NCBI GenBank assembly: GCA_964453345.1 | Contig: CAYVOC010000011.1 | Span: 1 to 43,491, forward strand | Length of the DNA: 43,491 nt | Reading direction: 5' to 3' | Source of the DNA: an uncultured Aquificales bacterium | GTDB taxonomy: Bacteria; Thermosulfidibacterota; Thermosulfidibacteria; Thermosulfidibacterales; Thermosulfidibacteraceae | In this document: positions 43,490-43,491 of the stretch, one piece after another | Position numbering within the stretch: position 1 is the stretch's first letter | How the letters are laid out: each line of letters starts with the position of its first letter | Position numbers and translations under genes: made by a program | The notes under the pieces: generated by a model | Told to the model about the DNA's origin: nothing | The model's database searches: none | What the model saw: the letters and a program-made list of their open reading frames with translations, nothing else

Positions 43490-43491
43490 TT

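Noticed and set aside
43140-43491. tmRNA and tRNA 3' ends as integration sites
   Set aside because: No integrase and no duplicated 3' fragment within the window; sequence beyond tRNA-Leu is not visible.

Overview
A 43.5-kb, gene-dense stretch of core bacterial chromosome with no mobile elements, CRISPR arrays or prophage. Gene order and protein composition suggest an anaerobic, LPS-making, probably thermophilic organism (deltaproteobacterial or Aquificota-like; this is inference only). From left to right it contains: (i) a minus-strand operon of tRNA nucleotidyltransferase, GcvH-like protein, RsmB/F m5C methyltransferase and mqnE-mqnA-mqnC; (ii) a long plus-strand run kdsC-lptCAB-rpoN-hpf-ptsN-hprK-rapZ-ptsH-ptsI-macrodomain-MBL hydrolase-hypothetical-mtnP-DUF2520-tsaB-rimI-DUF465-ilvDBNC-psd-pssA-ychF-Spt-like-bCerS-like-thioredoxin-like-trxB-S4 protein-pdxA; (iii) a divergently split 2-oxoacid oxidoreductase with an XRE-cupin regulator; (iv) a minus-strand run DUF763, ThiI-like, plsY, hydrolase, nitroreductase, tRNA-Ser, rho, RACo-like, GNAT; (v) tmRNA and a tRNA Gly-Cys-Leu cluster. 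The strongest leads are a serine palmitoyltransferase plus bacterial ceramide synthase pair next to psd/pssA (candidate sphingolipid pathway), a delta subunit interrupted by a GltD-like NAD(P) flavoprotein, a GcvH homologue whose lipoyl-lysine is Arg, a probable CC-adding-only enzyme, and a divergent-promoter design seen twice in which an 11-bp (quasi-)palindrome supplies both -35 boxes and one transcript appears leaderless. All family assignments come from motif recognition; no database searches were run.
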